Source of the DNA: Nitrospirota bacterium
GTDB taxonomy: Bacteria > Nitrospirota > UBA9217
DNA length: 64,000 bases
Assembly: GCA_035623825.1 (NCBI GenBank)
Contig: DASPSR010000007.1
Coordinates: 224,603 to 288,602, forward strand
Reading direction: 5' to 3'
Shown here: in pieces, positions 60,509-64,000 of the stretch
How positions within the stretch are numbered: the stretch's first letter is position 1
How the letters are laid out: each line of letters opens with the position of its first letter
The notes under the pieces: generated by a model
What the model saw: the letters and a program-made list of their open reading frames with translations, nothing else
The model's database searches: none
What the model was told of the DNA's origin: nothing
Made by a program: the position numbers and the translations under genes

Positions 60509-62086
60509 ATGAATGTTCTCATCAGCGATAACCTTTCACCTGTCGGGGTGGAGATTTTGAAAAAAGCGGGATTAGAAGTCGATGCCCGGAGCAAGACCGC
60601 ACCTGAAGAAATCGCGAAGATAATCGGCGGCTATGATGCCCTCATTATCCGCTCTGCAACGAAGGTCACGAAAGAGCTCCTCGATAAGGCAACGAAGCTC
60701 AAGGTCGTGGGACGCGCTGGGAGTGGCCTGGATAATGTGGACATCGGAGCTGCGACCAAAAAAGGCGTGGTCGTTATGAACACGCCCGGCGGGAATACCG
60801 TGACCACGGCGGAACACACTATCGGCATGCTGTTCGCCTGCGCCCGGATGATTCCGCAGGCCTATGCTTCGCTGAAGGGGGGCAAATGGGAGAAGAAGAG
60901 ATTCGAGGGCGTGGAACTTTACGACAAGACACTCGGTATCGTAGGGCTGGGCGCCATCGGTGGAGTGGTAGCGAACCGCGCCGTGGGGCTCGGCATGAAG
61001 GTCCTGGCTTACGATCCGTTCATATCAGCGGAGAAGGCAAAGAGCCTTGGGATCGAGCTCGTAGATCTGACCACGATCTACAAACAATCGGATTTCATCA
61101 CATTTCACACCCCAAAGACCAAGGAGACGGCCAACCTCATCAACAGGGATACGATTGCCCGAATGAAGGACGGCGTGCGCATCATCAACTGCGCCCGCGG
61201 CGGGATTGTGAACGAACAGGATCTGTATGAGGCACTCAAGAGCGGAAAAGTGGCGAGCGCGGCCTTTGATGTGTTCGAGAAAGAGCCGCCGGAGAATCAC
61301 CCACTGCTGACGCTCGACAATTTCATTGCGACCCCGCATTTAGGCGCGTCCACGCGGGAGGCGCAGGAGAACGTTGCCGTTGCGATTGCAGAGCAGGTTG
61401 TGGATTATCTCATTGCGGGGACCGTGCGGAATGCGGTAAACGTACCGTCTGTGCCGGCTGACCAGCTTCCGGCACTTAGTCCTTACATTAACCTTGCCGA
61501 GCGTATGGGCCTGTTCATCGCCCAGCTTTACGAGGGCGGCCTCACCCAGGTGACGGTGGAGTACAGCGGTGAGGTGGCGAACCTGAAGCAGGAACCGATC
61601 ACGCTCGCTGCCCTCAAGGGACTGCTTACCCCCACGCTCCAGGAGAATGTGAACTATGTGAACGCGCCTTTGATCGCCAAGGACCGCGGCATCGATGTGA
61701 AGGTGTCAAAGTCCAGCGAGGCAACGGAGTACACCAGCCTTGTTACTCTCAGGATCAGGGCGGGCGGCAAGGACGTGTCCGCGGCCGGAACGCTTAATAG
61801 CAAGAAGGAACCACGCATCATACAGGTGGACAACTTCCCGATGGAGACAGTGCCTGAGGGTGATATGCTTGTGCTCATGAACAACGACAAACCCGGCGTG
61901 ATTGGCGGCATTGGAACTCTACTCGGTCAGAACGGAATCAATATCGCGCGGATGCAGTTCGGCCGCGAGAAGCAGGGTGGTTTGGCCATGTCCGTGGTGA
62001 GCATCGATAGCGCCGTCTCCGACGAGTTGATGGGCAAGATCAGGAAGCTGCCGAACGTGCTGTCGGTGAAGCTCGTGAAAATATAG
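60509..62086 (+). CDS. serA: D-3-phosphoglycerate dehydrogenase
   Basis: GRAGSGLDNVD, GLGAIG, INCARGG, TPHLGAST; C-terminal ASB and ACT domains. Confidence 0.95.
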   Translation: MNVLISDNLSPVGVEILKKAGLEVDARSKTAPEEIAKIIGGYDALIIRSATKVTKELLDKATKLKVVGRAGSGLDNVDIGAATKKGVVVMNTPGGNTVTTAEHTIGMLFACARMIPQAYASLKGGKWEKKRFEGVELYDKTLGIVGLGAIGGVVANRAVGLGMKVLAYDPFISAEKAKSLGIELVDLTTIYKQSDFITFHTPKTKETANLINRDTIARMKDGVRIINCARGGIVNEQDLYEALKSGKVASAAFDVFEKEPPENHPLLTLDNFIATPHLGASTREAQENVAVAIAEQVVDYLIAGTVRNAVNVPSVPADQLPALSPYINLAERMGLFIAQLYEGGLTQVTVEYSGEVANLKQEPITLAALKGLLTPTLQENVNYVNAPLIAKDRGIDVKVSKSSEATEYTSLVTLRIRAGGKDVSAAGTLNSKKEPRIIQVDNFPMETVPEGDMLVLMNNDKPGVIGGIGTLLGQNGINIARMQFGREKQGGLAMSVVSIDSAVSDELMGKIRKLPNVLSVKLVKI

Positions 62087-62148
62087 CGTTACGCTCAAGA
62101 AGTAAAAGAACCGTAATGAAAAGCCGTCCGTCACGTCGGTTGTTTTAA

Positions 62149-63477
<1,329 letters not shown>

Positions 63478-63549
63478 GTATTTTCAGTTGACAAATACAG
63501 GGCTTCTTTGTTAATATACGGACTCTTTAAAAAGGGCAGATTAGTGCAT

Positions 63550-63625
63550 GGGCCGATAGCTCAGTAGGTAGAGCACCGCCCTTTTAAGGCGGGTGTCCTG
63601 GGTTCGAATCCCAGTCGGCTCACCA
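63550..63625 (+). tRNA. tRNA-Lys(TTT)
   Basis: Acceptor GGGCCGA/TCGGCTC, anticodon arm CCGCC-CTTTTAA-GGCGG, GGTTCGAATCC, 3' CCA. Confidence 0.95.
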
Positions 63626-63702
63626 TTTCATCACGGTGGCGAGTTTTTGGAGTTTTCTTCTGGACTCCTAACTCCGCACCAGACACCCAGAACTTACATA
63701 AT

Positions 63703-63780
63703 GTCCCCATCGTCTAGCCCGGCCCAGGACACCGCCCTTTCACGGCGATAACGGGGGTTCGAATCCCCCTGGGGACGCCA
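63703..63780 (+). tRNA. tRNA-Glu(TTC)
   Basis: Acceptor GTCCCCA/TGGGGAC, anticodon loop CTTTCAC, GGTTCGAATCC, 3' CCA. Confidence 0.95.
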
Positions 63781-63796
63781 TTTTTCTTTCATAAAA

Positions 63797-64000
63797 TCAA
63801 TTACTTCTATTGGACTTTTCATCGATGTGCACTACCAGTGCACCATCAACAATGTGTCTATACATCTCCACAGAACGTTTTACGTACTTTCTCGACATTC
63901 CTCGCGTAGTCTGACCTAAAATCGCCTCTATCTGTTCCTCCGTTGCACCCTGCTGAGCATAACTTGTCGCAGTAGTGTGTCTTGTCGCCGGATATAAACT
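63797..64000 (-). mobile_element. 3' end of tyrosine recombinase/integrase (partial; edge of an element integrated at tRNA-Glu)
   Basis: Minus strand translates SLYPATRHTTATSYAQQGATEEQIEAILGQTTRGMSRKYV...stop (Box II pattern); stop 16 nt past tRNA 3' end. Confidence 0.8.

Overview
A 64 kb chromosomal stretch from an anaerobic, diderm bacterium. Gene content suggests Nitrospirota/Desulfobacterota, but this is inferred. In order it holds: the end of a CO dehydrogenase, MerR-HTH plus pilMNOPQ, dnaJ-hspR-clpB, a GAF-GGDEF protein, trxB, two moeA genes and tolQRAB. A ~17.4 kb accessory block then separates tolB from pal-cpoB (PfpI, Ada, YyaL, sensor kinase, MerA-like/DedA pair, oxidative pentose phosphate cluster, radical SAM/SPASM enzyme, epimerase, nitroreductase). 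After it come a CusCBA-type pump, a scpA-HEAT-scpB-MinD-like operon, kinase/USP, nrdJ, ttcA, an MshEN protein, serine genes, purA, tRNA-Lys, tRNA-Glu and the 3' end of a tyrosine integrase. The strongest signals are not called in full by the ORF track. (1) A 54-codon ORF at 35431-35595 has a strong SD, three in-frame TGA codons in a C-x2-U-x2-U-x2-U-x-C pattern and a SECIS-like hairpin, directly upstream of the rSAM/SPASM gene: a candidate multi-selenocysteine RiPP system. (2) A secreted DUF1573-like protein at 58585-58983 has its CGC motif encoded as TGA-GGC-TGT followed by a SECIS-like hairpin. All calls are by eye; no searches were run.
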